A DNA stretch of 50,344 bases from Elusimicrobiota bacterium (lineage in GTDB: Bacteria > Elusimicrobiota > Elusimicrobia > Elusimicrobiales > UBA9959): NCBI GenBank assembly GCA_027340875.1, contig DAIENX010000072.1:1-50344 (forward strand), read 5' to 3'. The position numbers were made by a program, and so were the translations under genes. Each line of letters opens with the position of its first letter. Positions within the stretch are counted from its first letter, which is position 1. Positions 26,696 to 36,012 of the stretch are shown here, one piece after another. The notes under the pieces are model-generated. The model was given only the letters and a program-made list of their open reading frames with translations, did not search any database and had not been told where the DNA came from.

Positions 26696-28112
26696 AACCC
26701 AGTACGAAGGAAAGCAGGAAGGCCGCGCTGACCACGTACATCAGCGGGTGTATCTCCGCGAACCTGCGGCGGGCCAGCTTTATCGCCGTGTAGGTGATGA
26801 AGCCGAAGCCTATGCCGTAGCTGATGTTGTAGGTCAGCGGTATGCCTATCATCGTCAGGAAGGCGGGCAGAGCCTCGTCGAAACGGTCCCACTCTATCTC
26901 CCTGGCGGTCTTCATCAGCAGCGAACCCACTATGATCAGCGCCCCGGCCGTTATCGGGTAGACGAAGTAGTCCCCGCAGCCAGGCGGAATGACGTCGGCC
27001 GGCGGCGTGAAGCCGCTGTTCACGAGAAGGCAGTAATGCTTGGCGTTCGGCAGGCGGTAGCCGCCGCCTATCATCTGGATCAGCGGCGAGAAGAACGCGC
27101 AGAGCGCGAACAGCAGGCCGGTGACCACGGCGGAGAGACCTGTGCGGCCGCCTTCCGCCACGCCCGCCGCGGACTCGATGTAGGTGGTGATGGAGCTGGC
27201 TCCGAAAAGCCCGCCGGCCACGGCGGCCGCCGAGTCCACCATCAGTATCTTCTTTATGTCCCTGACGGAGCCGTCCGGGTTCACGAAGCCGGCCTGCTCG
27301 CCCACCGCCACCACGGTGCCCATCGTGTCGAAGAAGTCCGTCAGCATGATCGCGAATATCGTGAAGGCCAGCGCGGGGCTTAGCGCGCCGAGCAGCGCCA
27401 GCTTCCCGTCCACCCGCTGGAAAGGGGCGAAGAACGTGGAGAAGTCAGGAGCGCCGAAGGCCGAATGCGGCACGGCGGTCACGCCGAGCAGCAATGCCGC
27501 GGCCGTGGCGGCCAGTATGCCCCAGAGCAGGTCGCCCTTCACTTTGGCTGCCATCAGGAAGGCGGCGGAGAAGAAGCCGATCAGCGTCACCCAGACGTAG
27601 GGCTGGGAGAAATCCCCCAGGGAAACGAGAGTTATCGGGGCCGGGCGTATTATGCCTCCCTCGTTGAGGCCTATCACCGTTATGAAAAGACCGATCCCGA
27701 CTCCTATGGCCCGCTTCAGGTTCAGCGGGATGGCGTCCATCACGGCCTCGCGGAACCCGGTCACTACAAGCCCGAGTATCAGCGCGCCTTCCACGAAGAT
27801 GACGGACATGCCGACCTGCCACGGGACGTTGGCCTGCTGGAAGCCTATCACGGAGAAGGTCAGCACCGCGTTGATGCCCATGCCGCTCGCCAGGGCCAGC
27901 GGCCTGTTGGCGACGAGGCCCATTATAATGCTCATCAGCGCCGCGCCCACCGCCGTGGCCGTCACCGCGCCGGCGAACGGCACCCCGGCGGCGGACAATA
28001 TGCCCGGGTTGACGAAGATGATATAGGCCATCGTCAGGAAGGTGGCGGTGCCGGAGAGGAGCTCCGTCCTCATGGAGGTGCCCCGCTCGGCGAACTTAAA
28101 GAGTTTTTCCAT
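26688..28112 (-). CDS. NCS2-family (AzgA/PbuG-like) purine permease
   Basis: TFLTMAYIIFVNP, LASGMG, DFFDTMGT, YIESAAGVAEGGRTGL. Confidence 0.93.
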   Translation of the reverse strand: MEKLFKFAERGTSMRTELLSGTATFLTMAYIIFVNPGILSAAGVPFAGAVTATAVGAALMSIIMGLVANRPLALASGMGINAVLTFSVIGFQQANVPWQVGMSVIFVEGALILGLVVTGFREAVMDAIPLNLKRAIGVGIGLFITVIGLNEGGIIRPAPITLVSLGDFSQPYVWVTLIGFFSAAFLMAAKVKGDLLWGILAATAAALLLGVTAVPHSAFGAPDFSTFFAPFQRVDGKLALLGALSPALAFTIFAIMLTDFFDTMGTVVAVGEQAGFVNPDGSVRDIKKILMVDSAAAVAGGLFGASSITTYIESAAGVAEGGRTGLSAVVTGLLFALCAFFSPLIQMIGGGYRLPNAKHYCLLVNSGFTPPADVIPPGCGDYFVYPITAGALIIVGSLLMKTAREIEWDRFDEALPAFLTMIGIPLTYNISYGIGFGFITYTAIKLARRRFAEIHPLMYVVSAAFLLSFVLGSN

Positions 28113-28168
28113 GCCGATAATTTAGCATTTTCCGCGGAAAGCGGCCGCCTATTTTATAGAATTGACCA

Positions 28169-29908
28169 ATGGCACGAGGCAGGGCGCTTGATATGCTCGG
28201 CTGGGCGGCTTTCGCCCTGGCCTGCTCCGTCTTCGTCCTGCCCGTGGTGAACCCGGACATCTACTGGCACCTCTCCGCCGGCCGCTACACGGTGGCGCAC
28301 TTCGCCCCGCCCAGGACGGACTTCCTCTCATGGCCGCTTTACGGCAGGGAATGGGTGGACTTCGAATGGCTGCCGCAGGTGTTCTATTACCTGCTGCACC
28401 TGGCCGGCGGCTTCAGGGCGCTGCAGGTCTTCAAGGCGCTGCTGCTGGCCGGCGTCCTGCTGACCTTCCGCTCGACGCTGCTGCTCTACGGCCGGCGCGC
28501 CGCGCTGCCGCTGCTGCTGCCTTTCTTCGCTCTGGGGCTGATGTCGAACTGCGACCTGCGCCCCGAGAACTTCACGCTGCTCTTCTTCGCGCTGACGCTG
28601 CTGGCGCTGGAGAAGGCCCGCCTCGGCGGAAAGCTCCCCGGTCTGCCGGCTGCGGCGGCCTTCTTCGCCCTCTGGGCGAACCTGCACGCCGGCTTCGCCT
28701 ACGGCCTGGCCCTGACGGGACTTTATGCCGCGGGCGAGGCCTTCTCCGAACAGCTTCCTTATATTTACGGCCGGGGCCCTCTGGCCAGGCCGGGCCGCAG
28801 CGTGGACTATCTCAAGGCTCTGGGCGCCGGGCTGGCGGCCAGCCTGGTCAACCCTTACGGCTGGAAGATCTACCCGGTGATGCTGGACCACCAGCGGCAC
28901 ATGGCGGAGCTGCAGGCGCACATGCAGGAATGGGGGAGGGTGACTTTCTCCACGCCGTACCAGTGGCCTTTCGCGCTGGCGCTCGCCGGGGCTTTCGGCT
29001 CGGCGGCATATTTCCTGCTGAAGCGCAGGCACGTGGTCTATCAGCACGCCGCGGCCCTTATGTTCTTCGCGCTGGCCGCTTCGGGCCACGCCCGGCATAT
29101 CCCGTTCTTCATGATGACGGCCTGCGTCTTCACGGCGGCGCTGCCCTGGAAGGAGGCGGGTTCCCGCGCGCGGCGCGCCCCTGCCGCCGCCGCGGCGCTG
29201 GTGCTGGCCGGCATGGCCTGGTTCTTTCCGGCCAGGGTCTGGCCCAACTATTCGGCCGAGCCGCGCGTTCACCGCTGGCGCTCCGAGGGGCTGTCCGCTT
29301 TCCTCGCGGCTAACAGGACCGAACTGGCCGGACTGAAGCTCTTCAACAGCTGGGGCTGGGGGGGCTGGATAGGCTGGGAGCTCGGCCCGGACTACAGGCC
29401 CTTCGTGGACGGGCGCTATCTTTTTCATGACCGCATAGGCGATATGGCGGGTTTGCAGCTGGACGCGCGTAACTGGGACGGGCTCTTCTCCCGCTACGGT
29501 TTCGGCCTGGCCCTGCTGACGAACGACAGTCCGCTGGTGCCGGTGAGGCAGGTGGTGCCCGGCGCGGGCGAGCGCGTGCTGTGGCGGCCCGCCTACCTGT
29601 TCTATATGCCGAACAGGGACTGGGCCGTGGTCTACTGGGACCGCGACATCATAGCGCTGGCGCGGCGCGACGCGGTGCCGGCCGGCTGGCTGAAGGAGCA
29701 CGAGTTCCGCTGGCTGCGCCCCGGGGACATCATGAACGTCACGCTGCCGCTGGTGGGCGGCAAGCTGCCGCTTTCGGTGCTGAGAGGCGAAGCCGAAAGA
29801 TACGAGAAATACTGCGGCGGCCGCGGCCCCAAGCCGTACAACGCGGCCCTGCTGCAGAGCCGGCTGGAGGAGCTGTGCTCGCGGAAGGGGGTAAAATGCG
29901 CGCGGTGA
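28169..29908 (+). CDS. Multi-pass membrane protein, GT-C-like
   Basis: NPDIYWHLSAGRY, EWL, LRPE, LWANLH, NPYG, FVDGR motifs of a recurring GT-C-like family. Confidence 0.7.
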   Translation: MARGRALDMLGWAAFALACSVFVLPVVNPDIYWHLSAGRYTVAHFAPPRTDFLSWPLYGREWVDFEWLPQVFYYLLHLAGGFRALQVFKALLLAGVLLTFRSTLLLYGRRAALPLLLPFFALGLMSNCDLRPENFTLLFFALTLLALEKARLGGKLPGLPAAAAFFALWANLHAGFAYGLALTGLYAAGEAFSEQLPYIYGRGPLARPGRSVDYLKALGAGLAASLVNPYGWKIYPVMLDHQRHMAELQAHMQEWGRVTFSTPYQWPFALALAGAFGSAAYFLLKRRHVVYQHAAALMFFALAASGHARHIPFFMMTACVFTAALPWKEAGSRARRAPAAAAALVLAGMAWFFPARVWPNYSAEPRVHRWRSEGLSAFLAANRTELAGLKLFNSWGWGGWIGWELGPDYRPFVDGRYLFHDRIGDMAGLQLDARNWDGLFSRYGFGLALLTNDSPLVPVRQVVPGAGERVLWRPAYLFYMPNRDWAVVYWDRDIIALARRDAVPAGWLKEHEFRWLRPGDIMNVTLPLVGGKLPLSVLRGEAERYEKYCGGRGPKPYNAALLQSRLEELCSRKGVKCAR

Positions 29909-31125
29909 AGGAACAGATGTCCTCCCATCCGCTGGCGCTTTTTCCGGACTTCCGGCGCATGTTCGCCGGGCGCGTGGTGTCGGCGGTAGGGGACAAGTTC
30001 TTTTCGATAGCCATAGCCTGGTGGGTGCTCTCCTCCGGCGGAGAGAATTCCAAGCTGCACCTGGGGCTGGTGATGGCCATGAATGTCGTGCCCGTGGTGC
30101 TGTTCGGGCCGCTGCTGGGCACCCTGTCCGACCGTTCCGACAAGCGCCGCGTGATGCTGGCGGCCGACGGCGCCCGCGCGGCGCTCGTGCTCATGCTGGT
30201 GGTCCTGCTCTGGGGCGGCAGGCTCACTCTGCCGGCGCTTTACGCGCTCTGCTTCTGCATCTCCGGCTTCGGGCCGCTGTTCGAGTCGGCCGAGGCGGCG
30301 TCCATACTGCGGCTGACCTCGGAGGAGCAGATGCCGCAGGCGGTGGCCGCGGACTCCTCCATACTGCAGCTGTCCAACGTGGTGGGCTCGGCGCTCGGCA
30401 GCGTGCTGATGGCGGCCGCCGGCGTGGCCGGGGCCTTCCTGTTCAACGCCGCCGGCTACCTGCTCTCTTTCGCCGCCATCTGGGGCATCAGGACGGAGCT
30501 GAAACCGGAGGCCCGCACGGAGAGCTCCTTCATCGCGGAGTTCCGCGAGGGGCTGGCCTACATACTGGGCAACAGGCCCATCCTGGCCCTGATACTGACG
30601 TTCGCCTTCTTCAATTTCTTCGTCGGGCCGATACTGATACTTATACCGATGATAGTGAAGTTCACGCTGGGGGAATCGGTAACCTGGCTGGCCGTCTTCG
30701 AGACGTTCTTCGCGGCCGGCTCCGCCGCTCTGGCCGTGGCCCTGAGCTTCAAGAAGTCGTACGGCGGCATCTACGGCTGGTTCTTCGCGTCGGTGCTGGG
30801 GGTGGGGCTCTCGTTCGGCGGGCTGTATCTCGTCTCTAACAAGTACGCGATCTGCGCGCTGCTGTTCGCCGCCGGCGCGGCGCTCGGGGCGGGCAACGCC
30901 GTGGTGCTGACGCTGTTCCAATCCGTGGTGCCGGACGCGATGAAGGGCCGCTTCTTCTCGGTGCTGACCACGCTGGCCTACGCCGTGCTGCCTATCACCT
31001 TCATGGTCAACGGCATGCTGGCGGAGAAGTACTCCGTGGGCTTCTGTATAGCCATGAACGCCTCGGCGGTCCTCCTCCTCTCCTTCCTGGTGCTGCTGCT
31101 TCCACGGGCCGAATACAAGGCGTAA
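29896..31125 (+). CDS. MFS transporter (DHA3/MefA-like)
   Basis: About 12 TMs, GTLSDRSDKRRVM motif A, VPDAMKGR; start 29896 or 29917. Confidence 0.9.
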   Translation: MRAVKEQMSSHPLALFPDFRRMFAGRVVSAVGDKFFSIAIAWWVLSSGGENSKLHLGLVMAMNVVPVVLFGPLLGTLSDRSDKRRVMLAADGARAALVLMLVVLLWGGRLTLPALYALCFCISGFGPLFESAEAASILRLTSEEQMPQAVAADSSILQLSNVVGSALGSVLMAAAGVAGAFLFNAAGYLLSFAAIWGIRTELKPEARTESSFIAEFREGLAYILGNRPILALILTFAFFNFFVGPILILIPMIVKFTLGESVTWLAVFETFFAAGSAALAVALSFKKSYGGIYGWFFASVLGVGLSFGGLYLVSNKYAICALLFAAGAALGAGNAVVLTLFQSVVPDAMKGRFFSVLTTLAYAVLPITFMVNGMLAEKYSVGFCIAMNASAVLLLSFLVLLLPRAEYKA

Positions 31126-31151
31126 AAAACCCGCGGCTTCCCGCGGGTTTT
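31126..31151. terminator. Bidirectional intrinsic terminator
   Basis: AAAACCCGCGG-cttc-CCGCGGGTTTT between convergent genes. Confidence 0.85.
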
Positions 31152-31175
31152 CTCCATTCCGGCCATGAGGCTGCG

Positions 31176-31931
31176 TCAGGACGGGTTGGGGATGTCTATG
31201 AACTCCGTCTTCACCCTGAACTTCTTTTCAAGGACCCCGGCCAGGGCCTGCACGCCGGGCTTTTCGGTATTATAGTGCCCGGCGGCTATGAAATTGCAGC
31301 GCGCCTCTCTCGCGTATTCCTGCACGGGCTCGCCGGTCTCGCCGGTGATGTAGAGGTCCAGGCCGGCCTCCGCCGCCTGGTCGAACATGCGGGCCGCGCC
31401 GCCGCTGACCGCGCCTATAGTGCGTATCTTCTCGGTGCCGAAGCGGAAGCAGAGCGGCTCGGCGTCCAGCTTTATGGCCAGCGCGGCCGCGATGTCGCCG
31501 AGGGATAGCGCCTTCGGCAGGGTCCCGCGGAAGCCGATGTATTGCCCGTCATAATGGCCGAACGGCCTGAGGGACTTCGCCCCCAGCATCTCCAGCAGGC
31601 GGGCGTTATTGCCGGCCTTCGGGTGCGCGTCCAGCGGCAAATGCCAGGCGCAGAGCGACATGCCGCTGCGGAACAGCGTCTCCAGCTTGCGCTTGAGCGG
31701 GCCGGTGAAGGTCTGCGGGCGGCCCCAGAGCAGGCCGTGGTGCGTTATCAGCATGTCGGCGCCGCCGCCGGCGGCGCGCTTTATGCATTCGAGGGAGGCG
31801 GAGACGCCGAAGGCTATCTTGCGCACCTCGGGGCGCCCCTCGGCCTGCAGGCCGTTCTGGGAGGAATCCCTGAAATCCCTGGACGAAAGGTATTCGTCGA
31901 CGAAAGAAACTATCTTGTCCCTGTCTGCCAT
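31176..31931 (-). CDS. Nif3/YbgI-like dinuclear metal protein
   Basis: NGLQ, THHGL, HLPLDAHP..GNN, AGHYNTE. Confidence 0.93.
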   Translation of the reverse strand: MADRDKIVSFVDEYLSSRDFRDSSQNGLQAEGRPEVRKIAFGVSASLECIKRAAGGGADMLITHHGLLWGRPQTFTGPLKRKLETLFRSGMSLCAWHLPLDAHPKAGNNARLLEMLGAKSLRPFGHYDGQYIGFRGTLPKALSLGDIAAALAIKLDAEPLCFRFGTEKIRTIGAVSGGAARMFDQAAEAGLDLYITGETGEPVQEYAREARCNFIAAGHYNTEKPGVQALAGVLEKKFRVKTEFIDIPNPS

Positions 31932-31971
31932 AACCCCTCCCTTTGTCGCACCCCGCGCGGAGCGCTCCGGA

Positions 31972-33660
31972 CTACTGCCTGCCGGGGCGGAACGCGTAGA
32001 TATAGCCGTTGGAAATGTCTTCCGCTATATAATCCGCGATGGCGTAGCCTCCGTCCTTGGGAGCCAGCAGCAGCGCGGCGTAGCTCCAGAGCGACGGGGT
32101 GCCCCTCAGCGCCCCGGGCGGCAGCGCGGCACGTATCCAGCCGTCCCTGACGGAGACCTTGTACTGGCCGAAGCTGCGCGGGCCCTCGGGCGTTATCTTG
32201 TAAAGCGAAGCGCCTTCGGAAGAGACTTCGAGCGCGTATTCCCACGCGCTGTCCGGGTAGATGCGCAGCGGACGGCCCTCCAGCGGGTGGCCCACTCCGG
32301 CGCGGGCCCTGTGGTTCACGTCCATATAGAGGTCCAGGCGGATGCGGCCGAAGCCCGACGGGGAAGGGACGGACTGGTCTATGGCTCCGGGCCGGAATTC
32401 GAAGAGCGAACCGGCCGTGCTGACCGACACGCGCAGCGCCTCGAGCTTCCAGTAAGGGGCGTCCTCCGCCGGCGCCGGCGAGCCGTCGGGAGCCGGCGGC
32501 ATGACGGGGTCGCGCCGGACGTTGGTCAGCTCGAAGCCCCCGGGGATGTCGGTCACCGAGATCTTGTCGTCCTGCGCCGTGGTCGAGGCCGCGTCGGCCA
32601 GGCTGGAGAAAGCCCAGGGCGGCGGGGGCTTATTCATCAGCCTGTAGGCGTTGGCCAGCGTGTTCCGCAGGTCCAGCTCGGCTTCCCCGGCCGCGTCGGT
32701 GGAGGCCAGGACCAGCAGGCCGGGTCCGTTCTCGGCGGAGAAATACTCCCGGAAAGCCGGCTCCGCCTGCGTGAAATTGCCCTGCTCGGAATTGAGGTAG
32801 GACATCAGGTCCGCCCGGGTCCGGCGCAGCGCCGAGAGCGCTCCGGCCTGCAGGGGGGCGGAGGCCCAGCGGCTGTAATCCCCGCTCCATGGCCTGAAGG
32901 CCGCCGCGATCTCGGACGGGGCGGCCTGGGTGGAGACGGCCTTCTCCAGCTCCGCGGATACGGTGGCCAGATCGCCCGTGCCGGCCGCGGTCAGCAGGCG
33001 CTCGAGCTCCGCGCGCGCGGCCGCCGGGTCCGGGGCGGTAGTCTCGTCGAAGACCACGAACCGCTCGCCGGCGGCGGAGAAAGAGGAAGTATAGGCCGCG
33101 AAAGGCACCGCGTAGACCCCGCCGTACTGCATCAGGGGCGTTCCGGTGGAGACCGCCGGGCCGCAGGCTATCCATTTCACCCCGAGGGCGCCGGCCAGCG
33201 GGAAATAGTCGGGGACCAGTCCGCCGGGAGGGGAGACCAGGCCGGCCGGGGCCTTGCCGTAGGCCGCCGCGGCTTCGTCCCGGGACATTCCCAGCCTGAG
33301 CGAGAGGAAATACGAGGCCGCGTCCGGGTTCTGCAGCCCTTCGGGCTTGCCTTCCCACGCCACTACGGGCTCGCCGGCGTAGTAAAGGAGGGGCAGTGGC
33401 GGGTCGCCGGCCGGCCGCCGCGCCAGCTCCAGCCTGCCTTCATCCGCCAGCTTCCTGACGCGCCCCTCAAGTCCTTTGACCGGCAGCGGCAGCGCGGCCG
33501 TCAGGCGGGCGTCCTTGTTGTTCTCCAGCAGGCCCAGCACCTCGGGGAGCGCGGAGTTGCCGTCGGGCACCCAGAGCAGGGCCCGGCCGGCGCCCAGCGC
33601 GGGGCTGGCCAGGAGAATAGCGGCGGACAGCGCCGCGGAGAGCTTGTTCGGTAGGCTCAT
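31972..33660 (-). CDS. Exported protein with a glucodextranase-C (DOMON-like) C-terminal domain
   Basis: Signal peptide from ATG 33660 (MSLPNKLSAALSAAILLASPALG), overlapping the upstream stop; RLDLYMD..AG..PLEGR..AWEYALEV pattern. Confidence 0.65.
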   Translation of the reverse strand: MSLPNKLSAALSAAILLASPALGAGRALLWVPDGNSALPEVLGLLENNKDARLTAALPLPVKGLEGRVRKLADEGRLELARRPAGDPPLPLLYYAGEPVVAWEGKPEGLQNPDAASYFLSLRLGMSRDEAAAAYGKAPAGLVSPPGGLVPDYFPLAGALGVKWIACGPAVSTGTPLMQYGGVYAVPFAAYTSSFSAAGERFVVFDETTAPDPAAARAELERLLTAAGTGDLATVSAELEKAVSTQAAPSEIAAAFRPWSGDYSRWASAPLQAGALSALRRTRADLMSYLNSEQGNFTQAEPAFREYFSAENGPGLLVLASTDAAGEAELDLRNTLANAYRLMNKPPPPWAFSSLADAASTTAQDDKISVTDIPGGFELTNVRRDPVMPPAPDGSPAPAEDAPYWKLEALRVSVSTAGSLFEFRPGAIDQSVPSPSGFGRIRLDLYMDVNHRARAGVGHPLEGRPLRIYPDSAWEYALEVSSEGASLYKITPEGPRSFGQYKVSVRDGWIRAALPPGALRGTPSLWSYAALLLAPKDGGYAIADYIAEDISNGYIYAFRPGRQ

Positions 33661-34121
33661 TTTACCGTTATCACCGAGACCTTCCGGCCGCCCTCCGTGT
33701 CCGTGTCGGGGTTGAGCGGGTCCAGCACTTCCTGTCCGTCTATGCGGCAGATATACTTGTAGCGCCCCGGCGGCAGCGGCAGCATGGCCTCCCAGGTCTT
33801 GGCGTCCTTCTTCACCAGTACCAGAGAATCGGGGTTCCACTTGTTGAAATCCCCGGCTATCCGCACGTCCTTGGCCCCGGCTATCTTTATCGTGAAGCGG
33901 ACGAAGCGCAGTTCCGGCTGCGGCGCCTCCACCGGCCGGTCCGGGCGGGGGTGCATCAGCGGCATAGCGGTGGTGCGGGTGGGCTTCACGGTAGCCACGT
34001 TCCACTGCCCGACGAAGCTGAAGTACTTCTTTATGGCGTTGTTGAACAGCACGCTGGGAACGCTGACCAGCGCGAAGACTATCGCGGCCAGCAGCAGGAG
34101 CATGGATTTTCGCTCCATCAT
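33657..34121 (-). CDS. Membrane-anchored CBM48/AMPK-beta-type glycogen-binding protein
   Basis: N-terminal TM; AKDVRIAGDFNKW..WEAMLPLPPGRYKY..DG..DPLNP. Confidence 0.85.
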   Translation of the reverse strand: MMERKSMLLLLAAIVFALVSVPSVLFNNAIKKYFSFVGQWNVATVKPTRTTAMPLMHPRPDRPVEAPQPELRFVRFTIKIAGAKDVRIAGDFNKWNPDSLVLVKKDAKTWEAMLPLPPGRYKYICRIDGQEVLDPLNPDTDTEGGRKVSVITVK

Positions 34122-34771
34122 CGGCCGGCCTCCTCTTCTAGGACCGGGCGGATCCTGACGTCGGCGCCGAGGGCGCCGGCCAGTTCCCTGAACTTCGCCA
34201 GGTCGACGCCGGGCGCCTCCACCGCGGTGGCCGCCACCTCCGGCAGCAGCATCACCGCTTCCCTGATGAACTCCTTCACCTTCTCGAAGCCGCCGGCCCG
34301 CCAGGGCTCCATCGGCCTCATGCGCTCCAGCCACTGCTGCGGGTCGGCCGTGTTCAGGCTGACGTGCACTGAATCTATCAGTCCCTTCATCTCGGGGACC
34401 ACGTTGCGGCCCCAGACCGCGTTGGCCAGGCCGTTCGTGTTAAGGCGTATCCTGAGGGCGGCCGGTATGGGGGCGGCCCTCCCTGAGCGCACTATCCGTG
34501 CGCAGGTCAGCATGGCCTCCAGGCGCATCGTGGGCTCGCCGTAGCCGCAGAAGACCAGCTCGGAGAAGGGGGCCGCCGCCCATTCCGCCTTGGCCAGCGA
34601 AAGCACATCGGCCGGCGACGGCTCGGCGCCGCCCAGATCGAGGTTGCTGCCGCGGTAGTCCATCTTCCACGAGGCCTTGACGCAGAAAACGCAGGCGGTA
34701 GGACAGCTGTTGGTGAGGTTGACGTACAGGGCGTCGCGGTAGCGGTAGACTATCTTAGGAGTAGCGTCCAT
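34118..34771 (-). CDS. TatD-associated-type radical SAM protein
   Basis: LYVNLTNSCPTACVFC (CxxxCxxC), VFCGYGEPT, RLNTNG. Confidence 0.9.
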   Translation of the reverse strand: MDATPKIVYRYRDALYVNLTNSCPTACVFCVKASWKMDYRGSNLDLGGAEPSPADVLSLAKAEWAAAPFSELVFCGYGEPTMRLEAMLTCARIVRSGRAAPIPAALRIRLNTNGLANAVWGRNVVPEMKGLIDSVHVSLNTADPQQWLERMRPMEPWRAGGFEKVKEFIREAVMLLPEVAATAVEAPGVDLAKFRELAGALGADVRIRPVLEEEAGR

Positions 34772-34815
34772 ATGAAGTATTTTTCTGCTTCCCGCTATTA
34801 TTCTATCATTTAGAA

Positions 34816-35928
34816 ATGAGGATTTTGATAGCCCCCAACGCCTTCAAAGGAACTCTTACCGCGCGCGAGGCCGGAGAGGCGGCGGCCCTGGCCGTTAAAG
34901 AGGCGCTGCCGTCGGCGCGGACGGAGGTGCTGCCGATAGCCGACGGCGGGGACGGTCTGCTCGAAGCGCTGCGCCCTGTTCTGGGCGGCAGGCTGGTGAC
35001 CAGCCGGGTAGAGGGCCCTCTGGGCGGGAGGCTGAACGCGCGCTGGCTGCTGGCCGGGCGTACCGCGGTCATAGAGATGTCGGAGGCGGCCGGGCTGAGG
35101 AGAATGCGGGGCGTTCTCAGGCCCATGGACGCCACCACGGCCGGGGTCGGCAGCCTGATGCTCGAGGCGGTGAAGCGCGGCGCGAAGGAGCTGGTGATAG
35201 GGCTGGGCGGCAGCGCCTCCAACGACGGCGGCGCCGGCTGCGCCGGGGCTTTCGGCTTCTCGCTGCTGGACGCGGCCGGCAGGCCGATACGGCCCGGGGC
35301 CGCCGGCGCCGGGCTCCTGAGTAAGGTGCTGCCCGGCGGCACGGCGCTGCTGCTGCGCGGCGTGAAGGTCACCGGACTGGCTGACGTCAGGAACCCGCTT
35401 TGCGGCCGGCTGGGGTCCGCCCGGGTCTTCGGCCCTCAGAAAGGAGCGGGTCCGCGCGAGGTGGCCGAGATGGAGCGGGCCCTGAAGTCCTATGCCGCGG
35501 CCATAAGGCGGGAACTGGGCGTGAGCATCTCGACGCTGCCCGGCGGCGCCGCCGCCGGCGGGCTCGGGGCGGGCCTCGCGGCCTTCTTCGGCGCCTCGCT
35601 GGAGGACGGCTCCTCCTTCGTGCTGTCGCGGCTTGGCTTCCAGCGGAAGCTGGCCTCCTCCGACCTGCTGATAACCGGGGAGGGCCGCTTCGACGAGCAG
35701 ACCTTTTACGGCAAGGCCCCCGGCGCGGCCCTGGCGGCCGCGAAACGCCTCGGCCGGCCGGCCGTGGTGGTCTGCGGCAGGTCCCTGCTGCGCGGAAAGA
35801 CCCTGCTGCTGCGGCGCGGCGTCTCGCTGATCGTAGAGGCCGGGGCGTCAAGGGACGAGGCGGGAGCGGTGCGCCGCGCGCTTGCCGCGGCTCTGCCCGG
35901 TTTCCTGCGCAGCCTCTCCGGCTGTTGA
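34816..35928 (+). CDS. Glycerate kinase (GlxK/GarK family)
   Basis: APNAFKG, PIADGGDG, GLGGSASNDGG, VFGPQKGA, ITGEGRFD. Confidence 0.93.
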   Translation: MRILIAPNAFKGTLTAREAGEAAALAVKEALPSARTEVLPIADGGDGLLEALRPVLGGRLVTSRVEGPLGGRLNARWLLAGRTAVIEMSEAAGLRRMRGVLRPMDATTAGVGSLMLEAVKRGAKELVIGLGGSASNDGGAGCAGAFGFSLLDAAGRPIRPGAAGAGLLSKVLPGGTALLLRGVKVTGLADVRNPLCGRLGSARVFGPQKGAGPREVAEMERALKSYAAAIRRELGVSISTLPGGAAAGGLGAGLAAFFGASLEDGSSFVLSRLGFQRKLASSDLLITGEGRFDEQTFYGKAPGAALAAAKRLGRPAVVVCGRSLLRGKTLLLRRGVSLIVEAGASRDEAGAVRRALAAALPGFLRSLSGC

Positions 35929-36012
35929 GGGCGCTCCATTATTTATTTATAATATCAATCCTGTTTTGCCGGCCGGTGCCGGTACCGGAATACGCGCGAT
36001 AGAGAGGTTAAA

